Assembly (NCBI RefSeq): GCF_036971445.1
Contig: NC_091480.1
Coordinates: 3,534,001-3,598,000, forward strand
Length of the DNA stretch: 64,000 bases
Reading direction: 5' to 3'
Source: Narcine bancroftii
Taxonomy: Eukaryota
In this document: piece after piece, positions 37,151 to 50,543 of the stretch
How positions within the stretch are numbered: position 1 is the first letter of the stretch
Layout of the letters: every line of letters begins with the position of its first letter
The notes under the pieces: generated by a model
The model's input: the letters and a program-made list of their open reading frames with translations, nothing else
Databases searched by the model: none
Told to the model about the DNA's origin: nothing
Position numbers and translations under genes: made by a program

Positions 37151-38120
37151 TTGGTCGAGTTTTATATATGTACAATAGAGTTGAAAAGAAAAATGCAAGG
37201 TGGAAGAGGTGTGAGAGGATATTTCTCAACAGTTCTAGTGTACTCAGAAGTACTAATTCACAGAAGTGCCTATGTCTATTTTCAAGAGATGAGAAACAAT
37301 GTGAAGGGGTGAGGAGGGTGGAAGCTGGTGAAGGCAGTATCACTTTCCCAGGAATGTGAGGGGAGTGTGGAGCTGAATCTCTTGAAAGGGGACCAGCTTT
37401 TAACCAGTCACTTAGAAATTGTTTATCTTGCAAATTGCATCCATTTCTACTTCAAAGGAGAGCAGTTTATGATTTAGTTTATCATGATTCTATACATAAA
37501 AACAAAATTCGTTTGCCCTCCTATGGGATTGGCACTGTCAGTATGGATGTTTAAAATCCTCGGCTCTATTGTTTCCTTGCGAAACAAGCATTGCATTTGG
37601 AAAAGACCTGCTTCCTATTCACAATGTCATTTATACTCAAGAAAACTTTGAAAGTGCAAGAGTTTCCTTATGGAAGAATTTCTTTGATTTGACGTAATCA
37701 GATTGTCAGTCATTTTTAAGTTTTTAGCTGCAGGGGAACTATTGAAAATTACTTCTCACCAATGAACAGTGTAGAAGCTGTTTTAATGTGGACATTCCCA
37801 TTATAGTCCTGGTAGAGATATTATACTACTTATCATTTATTATACCCTGATTGCTATTTATTCCAACTTGGTCAAATAAATCCTTTTCATCTGCTGCTGT
37901 TTAAAGAAAACTTTGGTTATTTTTTGGGGTGGGGGGGGAATAAAGAGCATGAATCATAATTGCTGAAAGTGAAACCTATTGCATCAAAACCCATTGGAAC
38001 CGCAGAGAGGCCCTACCTTAGGCTGCATTCTAAAACCACCTTCTGCTGCAGAGTTGTGTTCCACCCTGCTGTGCTGGGTACTGCGCAGGGAAATTAAGAA
38101 TCATTCTTTGTTTTTCACAG

Positions 38121-38222
38121 ATCCTGTCAGTTGGCAGCAGGAATGTGAGAGAATACAGATACTGGAGAGATGCCAGGAGGTTCTACCCAACCTCCTCCAC
38201 CAGATTCAGCAGCTGAAGGATG
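38121..38222 (+). CDS. TEDC2: TEDC2 exon 8 (DPVSWQQECERIQILERCQEVLPNLLHQIQQLKD)
   Basis: tttttcacag| ... G|gtgagt; matches human PMDWMQEY...LHRLQELR. Confidence 0.9.
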
Positions 38223-40519
38223 GTGAGTGCTCCAACACTCTGCTTTTGCTTTCTCAGAGTTGCGATGCTTTGTGGAAAGTCCAGTTACATTGAGCAAGCT
38301 TTGTGAAACATGTCTATTACTTTTGCATTCAGTGCATCAGCCAAGTGAAATTTCACTGTCTCAGTCCATGGTATTGATTGTCCATAGAGAATTTATTCCC
38401 AACAGGTGTTGGAAATGAGCCCACCTTCACCACAGCCAACATGCGCACATATCTTGAACTGCAATCACTACACGGGAACAGGGCCTTGACCCAGATGTTC
38501 TGCTGAACACCGATGATCCAATTAAATCTGCGGTTTGCCCTTGTGTATCAAGAAGCCTCTTCAATTCTACTATTCTGTCTGTTCTCACCACCATCCCTGG
38601 TAGCCTGTGTGTCAAGAAAATGTTCCACATATCTCCTATAAATCTCCTCCCCCTCACCTCTAGTTTGTGGCGCTCAAACAGTTTTTAATCCAACACCTAT
38701 CAGGCTCTTGAAAACAACCCAAGTTTGTACAATCTCCTTATAACTCATACATACCATCTAAACCAGGTAACATCCTGGTAATACACAAAAATGCAAGAGA
38801 AACTCAGCGATGTCCACAGGAGACAAAAGATTTATAACCAACGTTGGGAGCCTGAGCCCTTCAACAAAGTTTGAGGCAAAAAGCAGGTAGGTACCTGAAT
38901 GAAAAGATGGGAAGAGGAGGGAAGGGCAGTGGGAGGAACAGTTTTGTGCATTAACTGCAATCACAGCATCTGCAGCATCTTGGAAAAACGTTTTCTGTGC
39001 CCTTTCCAAAGCCTCCATGTCCTGTAATGGGGCAGTCAGAATTGCTCACAGCATTCCAAGTGTGGCCCAACCAAAGTTTCATATAGCTGCAGCATGGCCT
39101 CCAGTGAAGGAAAGCTGACCATTCATCCTCCTTAACACCTTCAAGGAGCTGTGGACCTGGATCCCTAGATCCCTCTGCACTGCAATGTTTTTAAAGAGTC
39201 TCCCATTAATGGTATACATTTCCCTTGCATTTGCCCTCCGAAGATGCCACACTTCACACTTGGCCAGATTAAATACCATTCTGCCATTTTTCTGCCCATA
39301 TCTGTAACTGGTCGATATTCTATTGTATTCTTTGATAACATACTACACTGTCAACAAGTCCTCTGATCAGAAGCAGCAAAGTTAAGCTGTTCATTTCTCC
39401 TGAAAGTTGCAGATATTGTGAGAAAGTGGTTCTGAGTCAGTGCAGCTGGTCTCACAACATCAAAAACCCAGGACTGATCCTAACCTCCAGTTAGTCTGTC
39501 TGGAGTTTCTTATTTCTCTCTGCAACAATTACCGTTAATTTGGGTTGCAGGAGAACCAATTTCCACCATCTTCCCAAAGATGAGGTGGTAGGTTAATTGG
39601 CTGCTATCAATTGCTCCTAGTTTAGGTGGGTAGCAGAATAATTAGACCATGTGATAATGGAGCGGATTTAACCCATTTGGCCCATCGAGTCTTCTCCAGC
39701 AATCGGGACCTGGCTGATGTATTTTTCCTCTCAACCCCATTCTCCTCCCTTCTCCCTGTAACTTTTAACACCCTTTATTAATCAAGAACCTATTGTTTTA
39801 TATCTACCAAACTACTGCCTCCGTGGCTGCCTGTGGCAACCAATTCCACAGATTCCATCTCTGTTCTAAAGGTAGGTCCCGTTATTCTGAGGCTGTGCTC
39901 TCTGGTCCTCGGTTCTCCCACCATGTCCACTCTCTCTTGCCTTTCAATATTTGGTAGGTTTCAATGTGGTCCCCCTCATCCTTCTAAACTCCAGCGAGTA
40001 CAGGTCCAGAGTCATCAAACACTCCTCATACGTTAACTCTCTCATCTTCCAAATTGAGTGAGATCTTGAGAGATGTGCAAGAGGTAATAGGTTTCAGCGG
40101 AATAAATGATTGATAGAATTGCCCTGAGAGAATGATGAACTGAAGAATGTCTTCTTGTGCCAGAAGGAAATATAAGTTGTGAGGTGATGTGCACCATCTG
40201 AACACCACTCAAGGACAGTCCTCACAGGAGGCTGGAGGTGCTGGAACCTGGAGCAATAAAGAACGTGCTGGAGGAAGGAATGGTCAGCGTTTTGGGTCGG
40301 AACACCCAGTGCTGCTGATGCTGCTCGACCTGTTGACTTCCTCCAAATGTGGCCCCGTTCACCCAATCCCCTCCCACTACCAACTCATCCACCACAATCA
40401 ACCTGCTCCATCTAATCCTGCATCTGCGACAGTCAGAACACTGATCTATCCTCACCCAGAAAATATAGAGTCAGGATCAAAATCAAACCAGGAGCAAAGA
40501 TTCCCTGGTCATTAACTTC

Positions 40520-41610
40520 CAGCACAGCACAGAAACTGGCCCTTTGGCCTTTCCAGTCTGTGCCAAACTATTTCTCTGCCTCGTCCCACTGACCTACAGC
40601 CATATCCCTCCCATCCATGTACCTGTCCAAATTCTTCTATAATCTTAAAATTGAGCTCACATTCACCATTTCAGCTAGCAGCTCATTCCACACTCCCACC
40701 ATTCTCATGAAGAACCCCCCACGTTCCCTCTATACTTTTCCCCTTTCACCCTTAACCCATGTCCTCTGTATCACAACTATCCTCAGTGGAAAAAGCCTAT
40801 CTACATTTACTCTGTCTATCCCCCTCAAAATCTTAAATACTTTTACCAGATATCCCCTCATTCTTCTATACCCCAGGGAATAAAGTCCTATTCTGTTTCA
40901 TCTTTCTCTATAGGTCAGTTCCTGAAGTCCAGGCAACATCCTAGTAAATCTTCTCTGCAGTCTTTCAGTCTTATTGATAGCTTTCCTGGAGGGAGATGAC
41001 CAAAACTGCACACAATACTCCAAATTTGACCCCACCAATATCTTGCACAACTTTACTGTAACATCCTAGCTCCTGTCTCAATACATTGATTCATGAAGGC
41101 CAATAGCCAAAAGCTCTCTTTACAGCCCAATCCACCTGTGATGCCATGTTCAAGGAATTATGTATCTGTATTCCTAGATCCCTTTGTTCTACCACTCTCC
41201 TCAGTGCCCTACCATTTCCCGTATATGTCCTTTTTTGGTTTGTCCTTCCAAAATTCAGCACCTCACATTTCATCTGCCATTTTTCAGCCCATTTTCCCTG
41301 CTGATCCAGATCCCTCTGCAAGCTTTGAAAGCCTTCCTCACTGTCCACAACATCTTCAATCTTAGTGTCATCTGTAAACTTGCTGATTCAGTTTACCACA
41401 TTATCATCTAGATCATTGATATAGATAACAAACAACAATGGTCCCAGCACCTATCCCTGAAGCACATTACTAGTCACAGGCCTCCGGTCTGAAAAGCCAC
41501 CATCTAGCCACTGTCGAATCCAGTTTACTACTTCACCATGAATACCTAGCGTCTGGTCCTTTCAGACTACTTCCTATGTGGGACCTTGTCAAATGTAGGC
41601 AACATTCACA
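40520..41610 (-). mobile_element. CR1 3' fragment
   Basis: Minus ORF DSEEGFQSLQRDLDQ...KWQM.KCEV...DLGIQIHNSL. Confidence 0.85.
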
Positions 41611-41867
41611 GCAGATTATCTATCACAATCCCATCACCAGGCATGTCATCCCCTCCCTTGCCCTTTCACCAACTAAATTTCCATAAAGGGCCTCAGACCT
41701 GGAGCGGTAACTGTTCCTCTATCCACACAAGTTTCCTGACATGCTGAGCACTTTCTATTTTTATAAACAATCAGATGGTTTGATTGATGAAGTTTCATGT
41801 TTGAATCCTTTATTCTACTAGTTTTTTTCTTTGTAACCATTGGCTTTTGTTTAATCCTGGCACATAG

Positions 41868-42043
41868 TTGTAACATTTTGGATGAATTTTGGGAACTGCT
41901 GGAGGCCAGCCTTTAAAGCATGCAGAGATGTTGGCAGTGAATTTGCACCACTTCTACTGTACTCCAGTCTGCATGAACTGAAGGAGATGGAGACCCTCAA
42001 GTTTCAAGTATATACTCTCCAACAACAGATCCACATTCAAAAG
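41868..42043 (+). CDS. TEDC2: TEDC2 exon 9 (...APLLLYSSLHELKEMETLKFQVYTLQQQIHIQK)
   Basis: catag| acceptor, AAG|gtaagg donor; conserved LLxYSS..EL..L...QQIH motif. Confidence 0.9.
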
Positions 42044-42204
42044 GTAAGGGAGACGCCACTTCCATCGGATCCTTGGCTTCAGTCTTTGGCAATCCTGCTG
42101 TCGTGAGGTATCCCAAATGATCCTGGCAGCTCAGTCAGCTGAAAAAAGTGTTTGTTGTTTTGTCCTAAAAACCATTGCCCTGCCAGTGGTGCTGTCCTCC
42201 CTCA

Positions 42205-42885
42205 GACCAAAGTAAACACAGAAGTCTGCAGGCATCATGACTGAAGTAAAAATACAATGCTGGAGAAAGTCAGCAGGTCACACAGTGAACTTTATTTCGC
42301 AAAGATAAAGATACAGGACCAAAGTTTCATCAAAATGTAGGCAGGCGCCTGAATAAAATGTGGGTGGGAGGGGCAGGGGGAGAAGCACAGTCCCATAGCC
42401 AGGAGGTAATAGATAGATAAGGGAGGGCACACCAGCAAACAGTGGTGGGGGGGGGGGGGGCTCTGTGAATGAAGAGGAAAGAGGGTGGAATGGATTCAAA
42501 GGGATGGGGATGGTCTTGCAGAAACCGGAGAAGTTGTTAATGCCAGACGGAATATTACCTGTGGCTCCTCCAATTTACAGGTGGCCTTGGTTTGGCCATG
42601 TAGTGGGCCATGGAAGACCTGTTGGCATGGGAATGGGGTGCAGAATTGAAATGGTTGGCCACTGGGAGAGACCCCGTGATTCAGCTGCACAAAGCATTGG
42701 TGAGACGACACATGAACAATGTGTGCAGTTTTGGTCACCCAGTTCAGGCGCCTGCATACATTTTGCTCGTACCTTCATGAAAATGTAGGTTATATGTCTT
42801 TAACTTTTCCACATCAAGTCCACTGTTTGACCTGCTGAGTTTCTGCAGCACTGTGTTTTTATTTCAACCACAGTGTCAGAAGATT
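42205..42885 (-). mobile_element. Penelope-like element remnant (GIY-YIG C-terminus plus inverted pseudo-LTR pieces)
   Basis: Minus frames PVANHFNSAPHSH and KATCKLEEPQVIFRL; terminal segments at about 42210-42330 and 42790-42885 are inverted copies. Confidence 0.75.
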
Positions 42886-43579
42886 TTGGTGTTTTACCCC
42901 ATTGTTTTGTCCTGCCTGTGGAATGTGTCCCTGTGTGTGCCATTGAGAAACATCTCTGGTTTTGATACAGAGCAGCTGATCTGGCCATACGTGGATGGAG
43001 CCAGGCTTCTTTCCAACTGTGGCTGTGTAATTTAGTCCAGATATCGGGTTGAGGTCGTGCACTCCCACTGGTTAAGAATCAAGTTCTTAGATTTTCAGAC
43101 AGGTCTTGCAAAGGGATAGATTTTCAAATACCTGCACTGTCAAGCACCCACACCTCAGAAATCTGCTTCAAATGTAAACATCACTTTTGAAATAATGGTG
43201 ACAAACTTAGAAAGCATGTACTCAGCCAGGTTCTACAAGAACAAAGACATGATCAGTTTGTCTATTTCTGATTTTTGTTAAAATGTTCACTTCAAACATT
43301 GCCTTAAACTTTCCCATGTCTGGTTTAACTGAAGACAGCTATGCTCAAACTGTGTGTCCGAGGAATGGTGCTTCTGGCATCAAAGTGAGCTAGGATTTCA
43401 ACTCGTGAACCTCCTGACCGATGGAGCCACACCACCACCCCATCACTTGATGAGTGGCTGTCGGGTTCATGAGGTAAGGCTGGTGCTCATTGAAGAATCA
43501 CAAAATGGGTACAGTATAGAAGGGGATCATCACCTTGTCAAGTCCATTTGGCTCTGCCCAACCAATCCCTCAGTTCCAT

Positions 43580-45300
43580 TCCCTTGTCTGAAAGAAATTT
43601 AGTCAAAAGATAAAGCATATGAAAGTTTTAGAAGCTAATATTAGACAGAGCCTTGAGGAACAAAGAAAGCAGGAAAAACAGGGACAGGAAGGGTGAAAGG
43701 CTCCATGAAATGTCCTTGGCAAGTAGGATTAAACATCCCAAGGCATTTTCTACATGCATAAAAACCGAGTGGGTAGCTGGGGAGAGAGTAGGACCTCTGG
43801 TGGACAAAGGAAGTAAAACACGGAATTCTGTGGACACCGTGGTTGAAGTAAACACAAATTGCTGGAGAAACTCAGCAGATCAAAGAGTGTCCTTTGTATA
43901 GCAAAGGCAGAAATACCAAAGTATCAAGGACAAAGGAGGGAATTTGTGCTTGGAGCCAGTGGAAATGGGTGACCTACCACATAAGTACTTCATGTTGACA
44001 TTTACCAAAGAGAAGGATGTGGAGGACAGTGAAATCGAGAAGGTGTATGCTGCTTTCTGCAGCATGTTGATATCAAGGAGGAAGAGGTGTTGCGTCTCTG
44101 GAACACTAAACTGGACAAGTCCCCAGGGCCTGAAGGATCTATCCCAGGATGCTAAGGGGGGGGGGGGGTAAAGATTTCTGTGGGCTTGACAGATCTATGT
44201 ATCCCTTTTAGCCACAGGCAAAGCCGCAGAACAATCTATTATTCTTTTATTTAAGAAGGGCAACAGGAGAAAACCAGAAAATTATTGGCCAGTGTACCTT
44301 GCTTCAGAGATGGGGAAACTATTGGAGAATATTCTCAGGGATAGGATTTACTCGCATTTAGAAAAGTATGGACATTGAGGATAGTGAACAAGGCTTTGTG
44401 CAGGAGAGTTCGTGTGTTATGATTGAGTGTTTTAAGGTGGCAAAGATGATTGAGGGCATGTGAGTACATGAAGCATCCAATAAGGTCATCTGATCCAGAG
44501 AATTAAGGCACATGAGATCTACAGTGACTTTGTAAATCGGATTTAGAATTGGCTTGGTGGAGGAAAGGTGTTACTGACTGAAGGTCTGTGACCAGTGGTG
44601 TTCTTCAAGGATCAATGCGGAGGGCTCTGATGTTTATGATATAGAAATGATTTGATAATGTTGCTGTGCAGATTAGTAAGTTTGCAGATGCGACAAAAAT
44701 TAGTGTAGTTGCGCAAGGTGAAGAAGATTGACAAAGGATATAGATGAGTTGGAAAGTTGAGCACCACAATGGCACTTGGAGTCATCTAGACAAGTGTGAG
44801 ATGCTCACTTTGGGCAGTCGAAGTAAGGGGAAGGTGTACCATAAATGGAAGCATTGATGTATGGGGAATCTTGGGGTGCAAGTTCACACCTCCTTGAAAG
44901 TGGCTGTCCAGGTAGACTGGATGGTAAAGAAGGGAGTTCAGCATGCTTGCCTTTATTGGCCAGGCATTGAATACAAACACCAAGTCCTGTTGAAGCTGTA
45001 AACCTTGGTTAAGCCACATTTGGCGTACTGTGTGATGTTCCATAGGACATCTGTTTAAGGTGAGTGGAGAGATGGAATTTAAAGATGATGTATGGAGCAT
45101 TTGAAAATCTATTCCCTTGCAAGACCTGCCTGAAAATCTAAGAACTTGATTCTTAACCAATAGGTACCTGGAATAAGCTGCCAAGAGTACTATGGAAACA
45201 GAGATGTTAGAAACATTTAAAAGGTTTCTAGATAGGTGCACAAATGAGCAGGGAACAGAGCGATACAGATCATGGCACAGCAGCAGAGATGTACTTCAAT
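43580..45300 (+). mobile_element. Degraded CR1 RT region in TEDC2 intron 9
   Basis: DKSPG, SGVLQGS, KFADATK and CR1 3' motifs. Confidence 0.8.
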
Positions 45301-46140
45301 TGGGCATCATGTTCAGGTGAGTCATTGTAGCTGAAGCGCCTATTCCTTGTGAAAGCTTTTGTAAGGGTGCAGAACTTGACCAGGATTGTGTTGATATTGG
45401 AGAGTACACTATTTGTTTTCAGAAGAGGTTTGACAAACTTGAGTAGTTATCTCTGGAGCATCGGAGGCCGAGGGGTGACCTTATAGAGTTTATAAAAGCT
45501 TAAAAAACAATGCCAGGCAGGATGAGTAAGGGTGTTGGAAGCAAGGGTGTTGGAAGCAGATAAGATAGTGATGTTTTTGAGGCAAACTCCTCTTGCAACA
45601 TCATCTGCTCCAATGGGATATAACAAAAGTCTCTAATTACTGCAGTCATTTTGCCAAGTCTCTTTTGCACCCTCCCCAAAACCTTTACATGTTTTCCATG
45701 TATGAGGCCTTCTGTTGGACGGTTGTGCCTGAACTGGTATTGTATAAAGGTGGCTAGTGCTGTTCCCACTGGGGTCACAGTTGATGAACAAGTTGAAAAA
45801 TTTTAAAATGCTGTTTTTTTTCAGGGCAAAGCATCATTAAACACCAAGTGTCATGGTCTGGAAGACGTAATTCTTCCACTTTTCACAATTCCACTCTGTT
45901 CATTCCCTGTTAAATTTGTAAAGATGATGACTTGTTTTCCATCTCCAGAGCACTTCCCAACCAAGTCTTATTGAGTCTGATATAAATTTTTAATTCTCTT
46001 TTGAACTGCTGGATCAGTTGCTCTGGAATTCTCCACAATATTTGGGTCCAGGGTGCTCTTTGTTGAAGATGGGACACAAAATATTTGTTTACCATATAAG
46101 ATCCATTATTTTTCCAAAAAAAAGGTTCAAACATATCCCC

Positions 46141-46630
46141 CAGGTACATAGAAGGTTCACAAGAATGTTGACAGGATTTCAAGGTTTGAGTTACAGGGAA
46201 AGGTTGTGCAGACTGGGGCTTTTTTCTCTGGAGCGTAGAAGATTGAGAGGGGACTTGATCGAGGTGTTTAAGATTTTAAAAGGGACAGACAGAGTAAACG
46301 TGGATAGGCTTTTTCAATTAAGAGTGGGGGAGATTCAAACTAGAGGACATGGTTTAAGATTGAAGGGGGAAAATTATAAAGGGAACATGAGGGGAAATTT
46401 CTTTACGCAAAGGGTGGTGGGGATGTGGAATGAGCTTCCTTCAGACGTGGTCGAGGCGGGATCATTGGTTACATATAAGGAAAGACTGGATCGTTACATG
46501 GAGAGGAGAGGACTGGAGGGATATGGACCGGGCGCTGGTCAGTGGGACTAGGAGGGTGGGGATTTGTTACGGCATGGACTAGTAGGGCCGAACTGGCCTG
46601 TTCTGTGCTGTAAGTGGTTATTTGGTTATT
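46141..46630 (+). mobile_element. Young 5'-truncated CR1 3' end
   Basis: Open frame RRFTRML...LERRRLRGDLIEVFK...TRGH...FFTQRVV to its stop at 46551. Confidence 0.88.
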
Positions 46631-46839
46631 GCTCACTAGTATCTCCGCCGTCTATCATTGGGGGCTGGTGGCGGACAGTCAGGAGACTCTCCCGGTGGCT
46701 CACTATCAGTCCTTTCCCCACCCCGGGAGAGAGAAGGGCAACGGGGACCAATAGCGGGCTGCTGGGAAAGAGCAGGCAGCAGGACCAGTGCAGAGACTGA
46801 AAACAGGCCACTGGGAGAGAGTGGGGCAGTCGGGAAAGA

Positions 46840-47270
46840 GTGGGGCAGCAGACCATTTTGGTTGGTTGCATCACTCCCTGGGATGGAGGCACCAACTCTC
46901 AGGACAAGAATAAACTCCAGAGGGTTGTTAACTCGGCCTGCAACATCACAGACACCAGACTTGACTCCATCAAGGACATCTACATGAGGCGGTATCTTAA
47001 AAAAGAAGCTTCTATCCTCAAAGACACCCCCACCCCCCAACTCAGGCCATTCCCTCTTCACTCTGCTACCATTGGGAAAAAGGTTCAAGAGCCTAAAGAC
47101 GAGCACTCAACAGCACAAGGACAGCTTCTTCCCCACTGCCATCAGATTCCTGAATGATCAATGAACCAAAGACACGGCCTGACTTTTCGTTGCTATTATT
47201 TAATTTTTTCTAGTAAAATTGTTATAATGCGTATGTTAGCACTGTGAAGCAATAATAACAATAAATCCTG
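46840..47270 (+). mobile_element. Rex1/Babar-like LINE 3' fragment
   Basis: ILVGCITPW...KLQRVVNSA; AATAAA tail. Confidence 0.7.
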
Positions 47271-47594
47271 ACTCTGATAGGCCCGTGGGTCTTGTATGTT
47301 GTCAAATATGGTAATTTTTCTGCAATTTCCTCTCTCACAAATATCGCATCACCAGTCTGCCAGGAAGCACCCAGCAATAGTTTTATCTAATATTTTTATT
47401 TCTACAAATTCATGCAAGTTTTTTCGATCAGTGTTTATTTATTGTTAGAACCACTGTTCACCCTTCCTGTTCATGATCGATGTGTGCATGTGACAAGTAA
47501 TGCACAAGATGTTCTGCACATATCATAATATCGAGTGAATATAGAGACTTGCATTTTGTTTAAAGACCCATCTCTGACTCTCTCATCCATCCAG

Positions 47595-47738
47595 GCAATG
47601 GCAGAGGAGCTGCTTCCTGTTCTATTTTCTGCATCTCCAGAGCAGTCCCAATCCAATCTTTATCGAGCAGTGTATTCTCTGCTGTGTGAAGGAGGAGAAA
47701 GATTCCCTGCCTTGGTGTTGGACAACATACCTGACTGA
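47595..47738 (+). CDS. TEDC2: TEDC2 terminal exon 10 (AMAEELLPV...LYRAVYSLLCEGGERFPALVLDNIPD*)
   Basis: ccatccag| acceptor, TGA stop at 47736-47738; conserved RAVxSLLCEGG C-terminus. Confidence 0.92.
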   Translation, partial: AMAEELLPVLFSASPEQSQSNLYRAVYSLLCEGGERFPALVLDNIPD

Positions 47739-49114
47739 CAGGGAGCTGACCCAGCCATCAGCACAATGGCACACCACAGCAGATGCTGCAAATCTGGCAA
47801 ATCTGGCATTGAAACAGTAGGACAGGCAGCATCCATAGGGAGCATCCATAGGGAGGGAAACCAGTACCGTTTCACATGCATGTCCTTCCTGCTGCAGGAT
47901 CTGTAGTGGGGGTGAGAGGGAAGTTGTGACAAACCATGTGGAGGAAGTGTGAACGATGTCAGTGGATTTGAGATTTTGCACCTGGAGCTGATGTGTAGAA
48001 GCAGCCCATTACAGGGACACACTGCCCATGGGGAAATAGAATGGAATCTGTTCACGTTGCTTAAGGTACCCTCTGAGCAGCTGCAGCTGAACAGGTCCAG
48101 CATCACAGCACCCTGGAGAACCCCCGATACCCATGGTCATGGAACTCTTCTCTATTCAACAGATGTGGTCGGACTGAGGTGGCCCGAACCAGGCCTGGTA
48201 CAGGAGGCAACTCCCTCGTGACCACGATTGCCAACAGGAGCTGAGTCACTTGTATGCAGAGTTCAGGCAGAGAAAATCATTGATCAATGCATGTCAGGTG
48301 GGAGAGCGCAGGGTAAAGAATAGGGGGATGCAGCCAAGCTACCAGACAGCAGCAAAAACCACCCTCTTCCATCACTACTCAGACCAAAGTGATGGGAAAT
48401 GAACGTTTTAGATTTCATGAATCGAGTAACACGTCCCTTGTATTTTGCATCGACCAGGTGAAGGGGTAAATTCCCTGAGGCAGGTGCAGCCCAAAGTCCT
48501 CATGGAGATCAGCTCCTAGGCCAGGCAGTTGGGATGGGGTGTAGGGTCATGTATTCAGGCTGGAGAGATGCCTTCACTGCTGTTGATAGTTCTGTCCTGT
48601 GTCTTGCCAACATGTTTTCCTCCTGACACACATAGGCAAAGTTGATTGAAAATTAACTCCCCTTTTCTCGCACCCCTCCCTATCAGTCCCCTCTCCATCT
48701 ATCAGCTCCCCCTCCCTCACTCCCCTCTATCGGCCACCTCTTCTCTTCTTCTCTCCCTCCTCTTCTCTTGGCCACCACCCTCTGCCTTCCTCCCTCAAGC
48801 CCCCTCCCTCAGCTCCCCTTCCCTCTCACATCCACTCCCTCTTCCCCCTTTCAGAGTACTCCAGATCCAGTTCGAGGAGACCAATGCAGCTCAAACCTGT
48901 GTTGATCCTCGTCAAGGACTACTTGAGGGAATAGTGCAAAGCAAACATCACTCTGACCGTTGAAGTTGTGTCCTGACTCCATGCTTAAAGTTGGCCCAGT
49001 ATCCGGATGTCACCACAAACATGGTTCACATTGATTTGCACTAACATCCTCAACAATGTTCTTTGTTTCATGATTGCACAATGTTTGTACGTGGAATTTA
49101 AAATTGTAGAGCTT

Positions 49115-49120
49115 AATAAA
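49115..49120 (+). terminator. Candidate TEDC2 polyadenylation signal
   Basis: AATAAA about 1.4 kb past the stop, followed by a GT/T-rich tract (tgttcccttggtgtatttatg). Confidence 0.5.
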
Positions 49121-49858
49121 CAAATGTTCCCTTGGTGTATTTATGATTTTATGTCCATGTCCAGGCTGTTGAAATGCTGAGGAACAGATTTACCAGAACT
49201 TTGTCAGGGAAAATAACTTGTAGGGGATGGGCAAGATTGATGGTAGAGCGAGGAGTGCTAGGAGGAGGGCTGCATTCAACATTTTAAAGGTGAAAGCACC
49301 CAGAGTGGGAGGTAACTTTACAATCCCTCAAATTGCTCTGACAATTAGATTCTGCTCAGAACCCATAATCCTCAATTCCCCTACAGTCGATTGGCTCTGA
49401 CTTGACTGCTCTGTGGTGGATCTGTTCCAAAAGCCTTTTATTCCCATAGTTCTAGGTCCCACACCAAAGTAAACATCATCTGCAACCACCTTCAATCTTC
49501 AGCATCTTCCAGATCCTCTTTTATCCTTCTGAACTCCCAGGTGGCAAAATGACCTGATAGGATTATTCAAATTCATAAAGAGCCTTTATAGAACTCTTCT
49601 GAGGTATAACTGCATCCAGACATAAGCCACGCATCTTTGGAAAGATGTAAACTCGAGAAGTTAAAAGATTCCAGGGGTTGGGGACCTGGGGGACATGTAA
49701 AGGGTGATTGTGGAACAGATGAGGTGGTGAGGAAGTGAAAGGGGAAACTGGCCAGGACTGTAAGGAAGGGAAGGGAGCTGAGTGGGACCAGTTTACTATC
49801 TTGTGTGGATTGTTCAAATGGCCTGGAACATCTTGTGGCACTTGGATTCATCCAACAG

Positions 49859-50543
49859 TTTTTTTTTAATTTTTTTATTTTTCACACCATAAACCACATT
49901 GATCAAGATACATACATTTTCCTTTTCAAATATATACAGTGTCATTTTCTCCCCCCCCCCATCTTCCCATCCCACCCTCCCTACCTCCCCTCCCATTCAT
50001 TTAAAATACAGAATTTAAGATGCATTAAACCCGTCAAACAATGTTGTCACTCAATAAAAATAAACAAGAAGTTCCACTGAGTCAATTTTCATTTCCTTCT
50101 CCTTCTGTTATTTTAGGTGGCAGATGTCCCCGGTAGGTTTTCTCTATTGTGTTCCATGTATGGCTCCCATATTTGTTTGAATATTGTAATGTTACTTCTT
50201 AAATTATATGTTATTTTTTCTAATGGAATACATTTATTCATTTCTATATACCATTGTTGTATTCTCAAGTTATCTTCTAATTTCCAGGCTGACATAATAC
50301 ATTTTTTTGATACGGCTAGGGCTATCCTAACAAATCTTTTTTGTGCACCATCCAAATCAAGTCCAAATTCTTTGTTTTTTATGTTACTTAGGAGGAAGAT
50401 CTCTGGGTTTTTGGGTATATTGCTTTCTGTAATTTTATTTAATATCTGGTTTAGATCTTCCCAAAATTTTTCCACTTTGTCCAGATTGCATGAATTGTTG
50501 TTCCCATTTTTTTTTTCAATGAAAACATCTGTCAGGTACTGTA
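49859..50543 (-). mobile_element. 5'-truncated L1 with target-site duplication
   Basis: Poly-T; open frame FWEDLNQIL...IPLEKITY...QIWEPY; TSD CATCCAACAG(TTT) at 49849 and 50544. Confidence 0.9.

Larger units (their letters stand above)
29039..47738 (+). other. TEDC2: TEDC2 (tubulin epsilon and delta complex 2, C16orf59) gene span, 10 coding exons
   Basis: Exons join in consistent phase through GT..AG introns. The translation matches recalled TEDC2 motifs: MLPA start, ELKELEVLNKALAKALRIR, FTLQSSG-STLQLP, LLLYSSLHELKEM, QQQIHIQK-AMAEELLP, LYRAVYSLLCEGG. Confidence 0.93.

Noticed and set aside
48660-48960. Long pyrimidine tract plus CAG as an alternative TEDC2 terminal exon
   Set aside because: Low-complexity tract; the phase-0 frame stops after 16 codons with no homology; unsupported without transcripts.
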